Shown piece after piece: positions 54,359-64,000 of a DNA stretch of 64,000 nucleotides. Within the stretch, counting starts at the first letter, position 1; each line of letters begins with the position of its first letter. Source of the stretch: Candidatus Omnitrophota bacterium (lineage in GTDB: Bacteria; Omnitrophota; Gorgyraeia; Zapsychrales; Zapsychraceae); the NCBI GenBank assembly GCA_028280285.1, contig JANQMA010000011.1, positions 58,520 through 122,519 on the forward strand, in the 5' to 3' direction. The notes under the pieces were generated by a model that was not told where the DNA came from, did no database searches, and saw nothing but the letters and a program-made list of their open reading frames with translations. The translations under genes and the position numbers were made by a program.

Positions 54359-55270
54359 CTATTTCCTTAGAATACTTAAAAACAAATTCTCAAGCCGGTT
54401 GTCCTTAGGTCGTATATCTTTCAAACACATGCCGGCCTTAACAAGCTCATTAACAAAAATACTTAAACGTTCCTTTTTATCCGAAACGATTTCAAACGTT
54501 TCCTCGTCAATTTCAAGCGGATTGTATTTGCTCAACTTATTAAGGTTCTTAACCTGATCGACGTGCACAACCAATGTCTCTTGCTCGACTAAATCAAGCA
54601 GATTACGCACCCGGTCATTTTTAATAATTTGACCGGTCTTAATGATGGCCGCCCGCTCACATAACCGTTCAACCTCTTCAAGATAATGTGTTGTCAGTAA
54701 AATCGTTGTCCCCTGCTCATTTAACTTAGTCAAAAACTTCCACATCGAATGACGCAACTCCACATCAACGCCTGCTGTTGGCTCGTCAAGGATAAGCAGT
54801 TTAGGCCGTGTAATCAAAGCGCGCCCGATCATAAGCCGGCGTTTCATCCCCCCCGAAAGGCCGCGCGAGGCAATATCACGCTTGCCCCATAACTCGAGGC
54901 TTTTTAAAATACCTTCAGCGTCAGCCAAAGCCTGAGCGCGCGGTATACCAAAATAGCCGGCCTCTGTAGTGAGAATATCAATGACTTTCTCGAATTGATT
55001 GAAATTAAACTCTTGTGGAACAACACCGATGGTTTGTTTAGCTGCAGAGAGATGTGTATCGATATCATGACCAAAGACACGGACTGTCCCACTGGTTTTA
55101 TTAACCAGTCCGGTCATAATACCGATGATCGTTGTTTTGCCGGCCCCGTTGGCCCCGAGAAGCGCGAAAAAATCACCTTCATCAACGGTTAAGTTGATTC
55201 CTTTCAGTGCTTCTGTCCCATCGGCATAAACTTTTTTTAAATTTTCTATTTCAACTGCATATTCTGACAT
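54359..55270 (-). CDS. ABC transporter ATP-binding protein (ABC-2 exporter partner)
   Basis: Walker A GANGAGKTT, signature LSGGMKRRLMIGRA, Walker B LLILDEPT. Confidence 0.85.
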   Translation of the reverse strand: MSEYAVEIENLKKVYADGTEALKGINLTVDEGDFFALLGANGAGKTTIIGIMTGLVNKTSGTVRVFGHDIDTHLSAAKQTIGVVPQEFNFNQFEKVIDILTTEAGYFGIPRAQALADAEGILKSLELWGKRDIASRGLSGGMKRRLMIGRALITRPKLLILDEPTAGVDVELRHSMWKFLTKLNEQGTTILLTTHYLEEVERLCERAAIIKTGQIIKNDRVRNLLDLVEQETLVVHVDQVKNLNKLSKYNPLEIDEETFEIVSDKKERLSIFVNELVKAGMCLKDIRPKDNRLENLFLSILRK

Positions 55271-55273
55271 CTA

Positions 55274-55696
55274 TTACTCTTCATCTGTATGCAAACCAAT
55301 ATGCAATACTTCCCCCGTCTTGCCATCAATTTCAATGGCTATCGGAATAACAGGATACACCCCGGCAAAATACGTGTTTTCCCGGTCCTTAAAAAGCACA
55401 ACCCATTTGTCTTGCACATCGAATTGGAAGTTATCGCTCGGCGGACCTTCCAGATAAACCGGGCCTGTGGCCGTGTCCCAGATATATTGATGTTCAACTT
55501 TGATCGGTTTAAAACTATAAACGCGATCGCCTAACCCTCTATTTAAAATTTCTTTGTGCGCGATGAGAATCACTTCATTACGGTCAATGCCGTCGGTTAA
55601 ATCGACATATTTATACGCCTGATGAATATCTTGATAGCTGATCCTGTTCGCGCAGCCAGTGGTAAAAATTAATAATAAAAAAATGAAATATTTCAT
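55274..55696 (-). CDS. Putative lipoprotein
   Basis: 140 aa. MKYFIFLLLIFTTGCANR, a lipobox-like Cys after the signal sequence. Confidence 0.4.
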   Translation of the reverse strand: MKYFIFLLLIFTTGCANRISYQDIHQAYKYVDLTDGIDRNEVILIAHKEILNRGLGDRVYSFKPIKVEHQYIWDTATGPVYLEGPPSDNFQFDVQDKWVVLFKDRENTYFAGVYPVIPIAIEIDGKTGEVLHIGLHTDEE

Positions 55697-55704
55697 ATTG
55701 TTTT

Positions 55705-55767
55705 AATTAAGGGGACACAATACTTAATTATTAGTCTGATCGAATTAAGTATTGTGTCCCCTTAATT
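55705..55767. repeat. Intergenic hairpin repeat family R1, copy 2 (25-bp stem, 13-nt loop)
   Basis: aattaaggggacacaatacttaatt - attagtctgatcg - aattaagtattgtgtccccttaatt. Overlaps the stop codon of 55762..56532; ~9 nt from the start of 55274..55696. Confidence 0.6.
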
Positions 55768-56532
55768 CCTCAGTCGCTGTTGTTCATGAAGCGCACGCCT
55801 GCGCATTTCCTGTTCGTATTGATTCTTTAAGATCTGCTGCTGCTTATAATAATCTTGTTGTATTTGCCGGTACTGCCTTTCGACTTGTTGAACCTGCTCT
55901 ATCCTTTCTCTCTGTATAGCCTGCATGCGCTGAGCCATGGCCTGCTGAATGGCTTCCTGATAGTAGCGCTGCATCATTTGCTGCATATATATATGCTGTG
56001 CCTGTATCGCAGCCAGCTGCGCCTGCTGCTGGGCGACCGCCATGACAATAATCTTGCGGTTTTGAACCATCGCCTCTTTAACCCCGAGCTTGATCACCTC
56101 TTGATAAACATACTCATCGCGCAAAGGATCAAGGATGCCGTTAATCACATTCCGGATTTGATTTTGCATCTGTTGCGGCGAGGCCCCTTTATCACGCAAT
56201 TCACGAAACTTATCGACGGCGTCCTTATACGCATCCTGAGGAAATGACTTAAGCGCTTCTTGCTTAAATACCTGCATGGCAATCATCTGAACAGCATTAT
56301 AGGTAATCTGCGGAAACACATTAATGTTTTGCGACTTCATAAAATCGGTGACAATTTTCCCTGTCTTTTCAATAATCGTAGCAATCACCATTTGTTCAAT
56401 AAGCTTCTGCGCTTGGCTGTCAACCTTTTGCTGCGTATACCGTGTATTCCCACTGGCATAAATGCCTTCATTGGCAGACGCCGGCGCGGATAAAAACACA
56501 CTTACAAACAATAACAGTATTATCCGTTTCAA
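55762..56532 (-). CDS. Secreted Gln/Arg-rich coiled-coil protein
   Basis: Signal peptide MKRIILLLFVSVFLSAPASA. C-terminal ~90 aa is low-complexity Q/R/E-rich (QQQAQLAAIQAQHIYMQQMMQRYYQEAIQQAMAQRMQ...). Confidence 0.45.
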   Translation of the reverse strand: MKRIILLLFVSVFLSAPASANEGIYASGNTRYTQQKVDSQAQKLIEQMVIATIIEKTGKIVTDFMKSQNINVFPQITYNAVQMIAMQVFKQEALKSFPQDAYKDAVDKFRELRDKGASPQQMQNQIRNVINGILDPLRDEYVYQEVIKLGVKEAMVQNRKIIVMAVAQQQAQLAAIQAQHIYMQQMMQRYYQEAIQQAMAQRMQAIQRERIEQVQQVERQYRQIQQDYYKQQQILKNQYEQEMRRRALHEQQRLRN

Positions 56533-57212
56533 ATTAATACCTTCTCTCCTTGCAGAATGGGAGACAGTGGTGTTACATCGATACGTAATCCCCCGTCGTG
56601 TTCGATCACAATTGTATAGATATACCCTGGAATAAACAGTGTGCCCGGTGCTTCAATCTGGGCATTCTTGACTCCGCGCGCCTTTTGTGTGGCAGGATCA
56701 AGTGCCACCGTCCAAAACTGATCCCACATTGTCTTCTCATACACCGTTTCGGAATGCTCTAGCTTATAGCCGGCTGGTATTTCATTGACCGGGGTCAGCT
56801 CATACTCCTGCGTGTTTTCCCCGTCTAACATAAAAACCTTCCAAAACAAAAACGCACTCTTTCCGCGCAAGCGGTCGGCATGTTTAACATGCTCATCATC
56901 AAAACGGATCACAAGCGATTGAAATTGGATAATATTTCCGGAAAAAGTGAAATACTTCGGCGCAAGCGGATTACCCTTAACATCATATTCCAAAAACTTA
57001 ATCGTCGTAAACGGCTTTTTCTTTTCTTCATTATAATGAACATTAGTGACCAACACCTCAGCCACACGGCTATCAGCCTGAAGGCGTTCGATCACCTGCT
57101 TAAGTACTCTATTCTCACTAAGCTTTGTATCAATGAACAAATACCCCTTTATCCCCACGACTGACACAACCACAATAATGACAATGTTTTTGACATTAGA
57201 AAGCCACTTCAT
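56529..57212 (-). CDS. Membrane-anchored hypothetical protein
   Basis: 227 aa. N-terminal TM helix (IVIIVVVSVVGIKGYLFI). ATGA overlap with the downstream gene. No recognised family. Confidence 0.4.
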   Translation of the reverse strand: MKWLSNVKNIVIIVVVSVVGIKGYLFIDTKLSENRVLKQVIERLQADSRVAEVLVTNVHYNEEKKKPFTTIKFLEYDVKGNPLAPKYFTFSGNIIQFQSLVIRFDDEHVKHADRLRGKSAFLFWKVFMLDGENTQEYELTPVNEIPAGYKLEHSETVYEKTMWDQFWTVALDPATQKARGVKNAQIEAPGTLFIPGYIYTIVIEHDGGLRIDVTPLSPILQGEKVLI

Positions 57213-57275
57213 GCCACCATTCTAGGGCGAATCAGGCCGATACGCAAATGTCTTAATAAATTTCTCAACCCTTAA

Positions 57276-57626
57276 CTATTGGCGTATAATTGATTCAACA
57301 TTATACCCGCCCCATTCAATCTTCTCTGTGATAAGTGCATCAGACATTTCATGCCCTTTTTTAAGATTAATTAATATTTCTTTCGTCGTTAAATCAATCC
57401 CCATCCCTGATACAGAATCTTCTTTAAAAAACACTTTTTCCAAGGATGTCGCGCAAAATGCACATACCAAACCCTTAGCCTTAACAATAATCACCTTTCC
57501 ATCAGGGTCATATACACCCTGTGTGATAGTAGACTCAACTTGTTGCTTTTCCTCAGCCAAGACAGAGACCACATTTATTGACATAAACATCAATATTGAT
57601 AAGAAAAATATAATAAATTTTTTCAT
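57276..57626 (-). CDS. Secreted heavy-metal-associated (HMA/CopZ-like fold) domain protein
   Basis: Signal peptide. IVKAKGLVCAFCATSLEKVF...ILINLKKGHE...KIEWGGYNV follows the HMA beta-alpha-beta-beta-alpha-beta pattern with a CxxC metal site. Confidence 0.45.
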   Translation of the reverse strand: MKKFIIFFLSILMFMSINVVSVLAEEKQQVESTITQGVYDPDGKVIIVKAKGLVCAFCATSLEKVFFKEDSVSGMGIDLTTKEILINLKKGHEMSDALITEKIEWGGYNVESIIRQ

Positions 57627-57640
57627 GACTAACTCCTTAT

Positions 57641-58315
57641 TTAAAATCTAATGATTACATTTCCTAAAACATCTCCTTCATCACTTATACCCATTTCAAA
57701 CATAGATACACCTTTAATAAAACGGACAAACGGTGTTACTCTAAACTGATCAGGGTCATCAGGCTTATGATCTAATTTAAGCATAAGCCAAGTATGCAAA
57801 TCACCATACTCTCCTATATAAGGCGCAATGCCTAAAGTAATGCTTTGCTCAAACTCACGATCAAAGTCACCGAAATAATGATAACTATTTTCGTACTTTG
57901 TAAAATAACGCCTATCCTCCCAGTCAAGCGCCAGCCCGGTATAAACATGCGGCTGCACGGTGTGATCAAGCTCATTGCTTGTATCATGCGCAATACCGAC
58001 ACCGGACTTAAGATAAAAATTGGCCTGAGAGTCGATTTGATTCCATCGTTTAAGCAAATTATTCAACTGCAAAGAATGCGTTTGAATCTTTTTCTCATAC
58101 CAATAGGCGCCTTTATAGCCTACAGAATATTTGGCTGTAGGCGAGTAATGCCAATGAAGCGAACTTTTTTCTTTATCGTTTTTCTGCATCACCGTCCATC
58201 CACCAGGATAAGATACAGGACGGGCCTCGCCTAAGGTGGCAAAACACACGGCAATCATCACTGTCAAGCAAGTGACGAATGTTGAATTGAATTTATTTTT
58301 AATGCGTTTATTCAT
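57641..58315 (-). CDS. Small outer-membrane beta-barrel protein (putative)
   Basis: 224 aa. Signal peptide, alternating aromatic/hydrophobic strands, C-terminal ...NVIIRF ending in Phe. Confidence 0.4.
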   Translation of the reverse strand: MNKRIKNKFNSTFVTCLTVMIAVCFATLGEARPVSYPGGWTVMQKNDKEKSSLHWHYSPTAKYSVGYKGAYWYEKKIQTHSLQLNNLLKRWNQIDSQANFYLKSGVGIAHDTSNELDHTVQPHVYTGLALDWEDRRYFTKYENSYHYFGDFDREFEQSITLGIAPYIGEYGDLHTWLMLKLDHKPDDPDQFRVTPFVRFIKGVSMFEMGISDEGDVLGNVIIRF

Positions 58316-58377
58316 ATAAATCTCCTACTAAAAACATCCATTAGAAACAGCATGTAGTGTTCTTATGAAGCAAGAGA

Positions 58378-58755
58378 TTAAATGCGTAGGACAGAATTCT
58401 TGATATAAAGTGGTACGGCGTGGACTATGCCAGGCGGGGCACTGTCAGTGGCCACTACCCTTAATTGAGGTAAGTTATTAAATGTTGCCTTTTGCGGAAA
58501 TTCGATGACCGAGTAAGCTAAATAAAAGGTCATTGAATTGCTTTTCTCAACCGTTGCTTGCAGGCTCATGCAATCACAGTCTGCCGCCTCAGAGGCGGCA
58601 TCAGAAGTCGCTGTTGGCGCATCAGCCCCGTGACAGGACGGGTACGCCTGCTCTACCTGTTGATCCGGGATCTGCGCGGCCTCAGCCAGGCAACAACACG
58701 TTAAACTGGAAAACAGTACGGTCGCGCTTAATAAAATATAAGCTGTTTTTTTCAT
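58378..58755 (-). CDS. Small secreted Cys-rich protein
   Basis: Signal peptide MKKTAYILLSATVLFSS. CCC, SCHG and CDC motifs. Unknown family. Confidence 0.35.
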   Translation of the reverse strand: MKKTAYILLSATVLFSSLTCCCLAEAAQIPDQQVEQAYPSCHGADAPTATSDAASEAADCDCMSLQATVEKSNSMTFYLAYSVIEFPQKATFNNLPQLRVVATDSAPPGIVHAVPLYIKNSVLRI

Positions 58756-58789
58756 TATACCCATAATTATAGTATATCACCTTCTGATC

Positions 58790-59581
58790 TTGACTGTCCA
58801 ATCAATCATAGATATATTACTACCACTTGCTACTTCAACAATCGGCCGTACCGATTTATTCACAGGACCTATTTATTTGAAACCCGAACTGACTATAGTC
58901 ATTCCAACCTACAATGAGCGGGACAATATCCGTCCTCTGATTGAGAAAATCGATCAAACCCTTGTTAATGAGTCCTGGTCCGTCCTGTTCGTCGATGATG
59001 ATTCCACCGACGGAACGCTCGATACGGTCCGTGCAATTATCAAAAATGATTCCCGTATAGAACTGCTTCACCGCATCGGCCGGCGCGGGCTTTCCTCGGC
59101 CTGCATTGACGGGATGTCTGCCTCTCAGTCGACGTATCTGGCCGTTATGGATGGCGACCTTCAGCATGATGAGTCGCTTCTCAAATACATGTTAGCCTCC
59201 CTTAAAAATGAAAATCTTGATCTGGTCATCGGCAGCCGCTACATGCCAGGCGGCAGTGTGGGCAATTGGAAGTGGTCACGCAAAACAACAAGCTTGATTG
59301 CCACGTGGATGGCCAAGATTGTCTCTGACTATCATCTGAAAGATCCGATGAGTGGATTTTTTATGCTGAGGCGTGATTTTTTCGAACAGGCTAAACCGCA
59401 TCTTCATGGCGGCGGCTTTAAAATCCTCTTGGATTTGATTGTCTCTTCTCCCCGGGAAGTGAATTTTAAAGAAATCCCTTTTACATTCCGCAATCGTCAT
59501 TCCGGCGAAAGCAAATTAGGGGCTGAGGTAGTGTGGGAGTATGTGAAGTTTATCGTAGATAAGAAAATCGGAAAGAAATAA
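58790..59581 (+). CDS. GT2 polyprenyl-phosphate sugar synthase (Dpm1/GtrB-like, soluble)
   Basis: TIVIPTYNERDNI, FVDDDSTDGT and GSRYMPGGS motifs. The ORF-track start is TTG. A TTG at ~58877 would give MKPELTIVIPTYNE, a typical N-terminus. Confidence 0.75.
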   Translation: MTVQSIIDILLPLATSTIGRTDLFTGPIYLKPELTIVIPTYNERDNIRPLIEKIDQTLVNESWSVLFVDDDSTDGTLDTVRAIIKNDSRIELLHRIGRRGLSSACIDGMSASQSTYLAVMDGDLQHDESLLKYMLASLKNENLDLVIGSRYMPGGSVGNWKWSRKTTSLIATWMAKIVSDYHLKDPMSGFFMLRRDFFEQAKPHLHGGGFKILLDLIVSSPREVNFKEIPFTFRNRHSGESKLGAEVVWEYVKFIVDKKIGKK

Positions 59582-59653
59582 TACTTGGTACTTAGGACAT
59601 TGGACTTAGGACTTGGGAAGCCTAGGTCCTAAGTACTAAGTCCCAAGTACTAT

Positions 59654-59655
<2 letters not shown>
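59582..59655. terminator. Palindromic repeat R3 copy 2; likely bidirectional terminator between convergent genes
   Basis: tacttggtacttaggacattggacttaggacttgggaag / cctaggtcctaagtactaagtcccaagta, imperfect inverted repeat between the stops at 59581 (+) and 59654 (-). Confidence 0.5.
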
Positions 59656-61303
<1,648 letters not shown>

Positions 61304-61360
61304 TCAGGGTGAGATTATACACGATTTTCATATTTAGTAAATTATTAATATTAGAGCGGC

Positions 61361-62035
61361 CTAGAGTATTTGTGGCGTGAGTTTAACCAAACCATTTTGC
61401 TTAATCTGCTGGAAAGAAACCCCTTTTTGGGCCAACTGGACCGATTTGATTAAATCGGCATAACCCATTTTCAGATGTTGCGTTAAATCCTGACTGGAAA
61501 GTTTTTGATCAACAATAATTTGCTGATAGATGCGTGAGGACATTATTTTTTGGATTGACTCGCCCGGCTCGATCTTAAGACTGGACTGAAGCATGGCGGC
61601 GGCTTTTGTATATTCGTTCAGATCTAAATAAACAGAAACGAGATTATAGCTATTCCAGAAAAAATTTGGGACCAATGCATGGGCTTTTTCATAATTTATT
61701 CTGGCCTGTGTTAAATCACCGATTTGATAAAAATAAAAACCAAGCATAGCATACGCCTGGTCATTATTCGGAAAAACATTTAAGACAGCCTCATAATAGG
61801 CCTTATACATTTTGAGCCTTGCCTTACTGACCTCATCCTGAAAGAGAAAATCATAGGTCTTTGGCATCAGGCTATTGAGCCTTCTTATATGCGCACGGCT
61901 AAGGCTTTCTTTTTGTGAAAAGTTTTGTTTCTTAACAATACGGTGATTGATATGAAATGCGGTAAAGACCATCCCGTACACAATGCCTACAAAAACTAAG
62001 AAAAATAAACTGCGGCCTAGGAATTTTTTCATCAT
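61361..62035 (-). CDS. TPR-repeat protein with N-terminal membrane anchor
   Basis: 224 aa. TM segment, then TPR-like repeats (AYAMLGFYFYQIGDLTQARINYEKAHALVPN). Confidence 0.55.
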   Translation of the reverse strand: MMKKFLGRSLFFLVFVGIVYGMVFTAFHINHRIVKKQNFSQKESLSRAHIRRLNSLMPKTYDFLFQDEVSKARLKMYKAYYEAVLNVFPNNDQAYAMLGFYFYQIGDLTQARINYEKAHALVPNFFWNSYNLVSVYLDLNEYTKAAAMLQSSLKIEPGESIQKIMSSRIYQQIIVDQKLSSQDLTQHLKMGYADLIKSVQLAQKGVSFQQIKQNGLVKLTPQIL

Positions 62036-62038
62036 TGA

Positions 62039-62986
62039 TTAATGGTTTGGTCCCCGGTAATCTTTATCAAACCACATCGCAAAAAACAGCGATTGAAACC
62101 CCATGGAAATACTAAACAGCCACGACAATGTCGTAATCGGCGGGAAAAATCCGTTTTCTATCCGCCCGGCAATAAGGGAACTAAAAAACCACAAGCTTAA
62201 GGCCAAAAGCCCCATACCCATAATGTAAAAAAAGACCAATGGATGAAAATCGCGGACAATATATTTCTCCTTAAGCCTCCACAAAAAGAGTTTAAACAAC
62301 ATCCAGCCAATGGTAAAAATGACCACATAAATTTTCATGTTCGATTTCTCGCCGACATTATAAATGGGCGCAACCGCGACGTCCTTAACACGAAAGTCAA
62401 AGACATTTAACCGCACCAAGACATCATTGGGATTGCCATAGCGTTTATACATCTTATTCCAGTCAATCATCTTTAATGCACGGTAGTGGATCGCACAAAA
62501 CCCGGACTGTGAATCGGCAATGTCCCAATACCCCGATGCTATTTTCGTGAGAAGCGAAAGAACAGAATTACCAAAATATCTGATTTTAGGGATTTTAGAA
62601 AATGCCTCGCCGGTAAACAAGCGGTTACCTTTCGTATAATCGGCCATATTATCAACAATCGGATCGAGTAATTTGACAATATCATCCGGATTCATTTGCC
62701 CGTCGCCATCCATCCGGACAACAATATCAACCGGATTATCCTTCACCCAATTATATCCGTTCGCCAAAGAACCCCCGCAACCGGAGTTAGTTGCGTTTTC
62801 AATCAAAACAATCGCGGCATTTTCTTTTTGATAGTCTTTTACAACAAAAACGGTTTCGTCTTTACTCTTATCATCGACAATAATAATTTTATCGACAAAA
62901 TCAGGCATGGTCTCAATAACCCGCCCAATTTGCTTCGCCTCATTATACGCCGGAATAACAACACCAATTGTATGCTCTTTATACAT
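62039..62986 (-). CDS. GT2 polyprenyl-phosphate glycosyltransferase with C-terminal TM helices (GtrB/ArnC-like)
   Basis: IGVVIPAYNE, IIVDDKSKD and VVRMDGDGQ motifs, plus two C-terminal TM helices. Confidence 0.8.
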   Translation of the reverse strand: MYKEHTIGVVIPAYNEAKQIGRVIETMPDFVDKIIIVDDKSKDETVFVVKDYQKENAAIVLIENATNSGCGGSLANGYNWVKDNPVDIVVRMDGDGQMNPDDIVKLLDPIVDNMADYTKGNRLFTGEAFSKIPKIRYFGNSVLSLLTKIASGYWDIADSQSGFCAIHYRALKMIDWNKMYKRYGNPNDVLVRLNVFDFRVKDVAVAPIYNVGEKSNMKIYVVIFTIGWMLFKLFLWRLKEKYIVRDFHPLVFFYIMGMGLLALSLWFFSSLIAGRIENGFFPPITTLSWLFSISMGFQSLFFAMWFDKDYRGPNH

Positions 62987-62994
62987 AGACCCTC

Positions 62995-64000
62995 TTAGAT
63001 GGCAATGTTTAAATTTTTCTTAACTAGCCCTTTGAGTATAAAAATACCGATAAAAGACGACACTCCTGTGGCAACAGCTGCCCCGTAGAGCGAAAACTTT
63101 GGAATCAATATCCAATTCAACACAACATTTAACATAACGATCAAAAATATATATATAGTGTTGTGCCCAACAAATCCTGTTTGAATCAAAATCATATTAA
63201 ACGGATAATAGCCCGCGCTGAACCACAGCCCAATGATTAACCAGACAAAAATCATCCAGCTCTGCAAAAAGTCACTGTAAGGAAAAATCCACTGAATGAT
63301 CAGATAAAATCCTCCGATTAAAATAGCACTCAATACCAGCATACTCAAATAAAATGTAAAGACACCTGATTTGATAATTTGCTTCATTTCGTCAATCTTC
63401 TTATCATGATACAAAGCGGTTAATTTCGGATTAACATTGGCACGGACAACCACCATCAATTGAATGACCCCCTCAATGGCTATGGCGGCCAGACTATAAA
63501 TGCCCACAATATGATCAGCCGTTAAAATACCGAGCATAATAATATCAACCCGGATATTTATCTCATAGAACAGCCCTGAAAGAGACCCTTTGCGGATAAA
63601 ATCATAATGCCGCATAAACCATTGATGTAATGCCACACAAGGTGTACGCCAATAATACTGAACAAAATAAATGACATTAACCAAAAAAACCACTATCTCA
63701 GAAGCACTTAATATGACAGGCAAATGATGCGCGTTATGCCGTCCGAAATAAAAAACAACGAGCGCCAACACAACACCAATATAACGCAGACTCTGCAGGC
63801 AGGCATACGCTCGCATATGCCGTAATCCGTTGAGCCCGGCGAGCAATGTTTTGTTAACAGCAAAACACCACAGCCCCGGAATAATCCAGACAATACCAAG
63901 GCCAACGGCTGCGCTATCAAAAACCTGCGCTAAAACGCCACGCAAGGCATATAAAACACCACACACAAACAAAGCAAAAAGAGCAACAATCACTACCGCG
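62995..64000 (-). CDS. Polytopic membrane protein, partial (flippase/Wzx-MurJ-like or GtrC-like), N-terminus beyond window end
   Basis: The ORF is open to the window edge. >8 TM helices. C-terminal GAAVATGVSSFIGIFILKGLVKK resembles PST-family flippases. Confidence 0.45.
   Translation of the reverse strand, partial: AVVIVALFALFVCGVLYALRGVLAQVFDSAAVGLGIVWIIPGLWCFAVNKTLLAGLNGLRHMRAYACLQSLRYIGVVLALVVFYFGRHNAHHLPVILSASEIVVFLVNVIYFVQYYWRTPCVALHQWFMRHYDFIRKGSLSGLFYEINIRVDIIMLGILTADHIVGIYSLAAIAIEGVIQLMVVVRANVNPKLTALYHDKKIDEMKQIIKSGVFTFYLSMLVLSAILIGGFYLIIQWIFPYSDFLQSWMIFVWLIIGLWFSAGYYPFNMILIQTGFVGHNTIYIFLIVMLNVVLNWILIPKFSLYGAAVATGVSSFIGIFILKGLVKKNLNIAI

Overview
This 64-kb window comes from an unidentified diderm bacterium; Mla proteins, outer-membrane barrels and an ECF sigma factor are present, and GC looks moderate (~40-43%, judged by eye). 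Most coordinates follow the supplied ORF track. Several starts were moved to in-frame ATGs where the track used GTG/TTG. My own line counting of the sequence did not match the ORF-track coordinates at two of the places I checked, so positions of non-coding elements may be off by 1-2 nt.

Positions ~220-35,850 are one co-directional, minus-strand, ~35.6-kb glycan-biosynthesis and modification island of 33 tightly packed genes. Many of these overlap by ATGA/GTGA. Only two AT-rich internal gaps break it (6733-6861 and 25544-25725). The island contains:
- a CDP/dTDP deoxy-amino-sugar sub-cluster: rfbF, rfbG, a zinc-ribbon C-methyltransferase, DegT aminotransferases, an RmlB-like dehydratase, a cupin epimerase/isomerase, an N-formyltransferase, a GT1 glycosyltransferase and a B12-radical SAM enzyme;
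- a cassette whose domain content and order match the Campylobacter O-methyl-phosphoramidate (MeOPN) pathway: a PPDK-like glutamine-kinase-type enzyme, a class I glutamine amidotransferase (GATase), a small cytidylyltransferase, a SAM methyltransferase and an APS-kinase homologue, interleaved with two PAPS-type sulfotransferase-fold proteins;
- a nonulosonic/ulosonic-acid block: two NeuB-family synthases, two CMP-sugar synthetases, a KdsC-like phosphatase, DegT, GNAT, ATP-grasp, HAD, an FdtA-like cupin, a CBS-SDR fusion, a second B12-radical SAM enzyme and methyltransferases;
- two paralogous ~635-aa TagF-like putative transferases, an MsbA-type ABC exporter, and a winged-helix regulator at the head.
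No Wzx/Wzy/ligase genes were found in the island.

The remainder of the window (35.9-64 kb) encodes a GT-C membrane glycosyltransferase, a methyltransferase plus Tyv-like epimerase pair, metF, a secreted LamG-domain protein, YceI, MarR, a periplasmic YHS-domain protein, a TlpA-like thioredoxin, an ECF sigma/anti-sigma pair next to a lone NuoF-like flavoprotein, a ZIP metal transporter, a periplasmic FKBP, a His/Met-rich outer-membrane barrel, MlaEFD plus a stand-alone response regulator, an ABC-2 exporter, a string of small secreted proteins (including an HMA-like protein and a Q-rich coiled-coil protein), two Dpm1/GtrB-like GT2 enzymes, an ABC-F ATPase, a TPR protein and a partial flippase-like membrane protein.

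No rRNA, tRNA, CRISPR array or transposase was recognised. Three families of intergenic palindromic repeats occur twice each, and several candidate operator or attenuator structures are reported.
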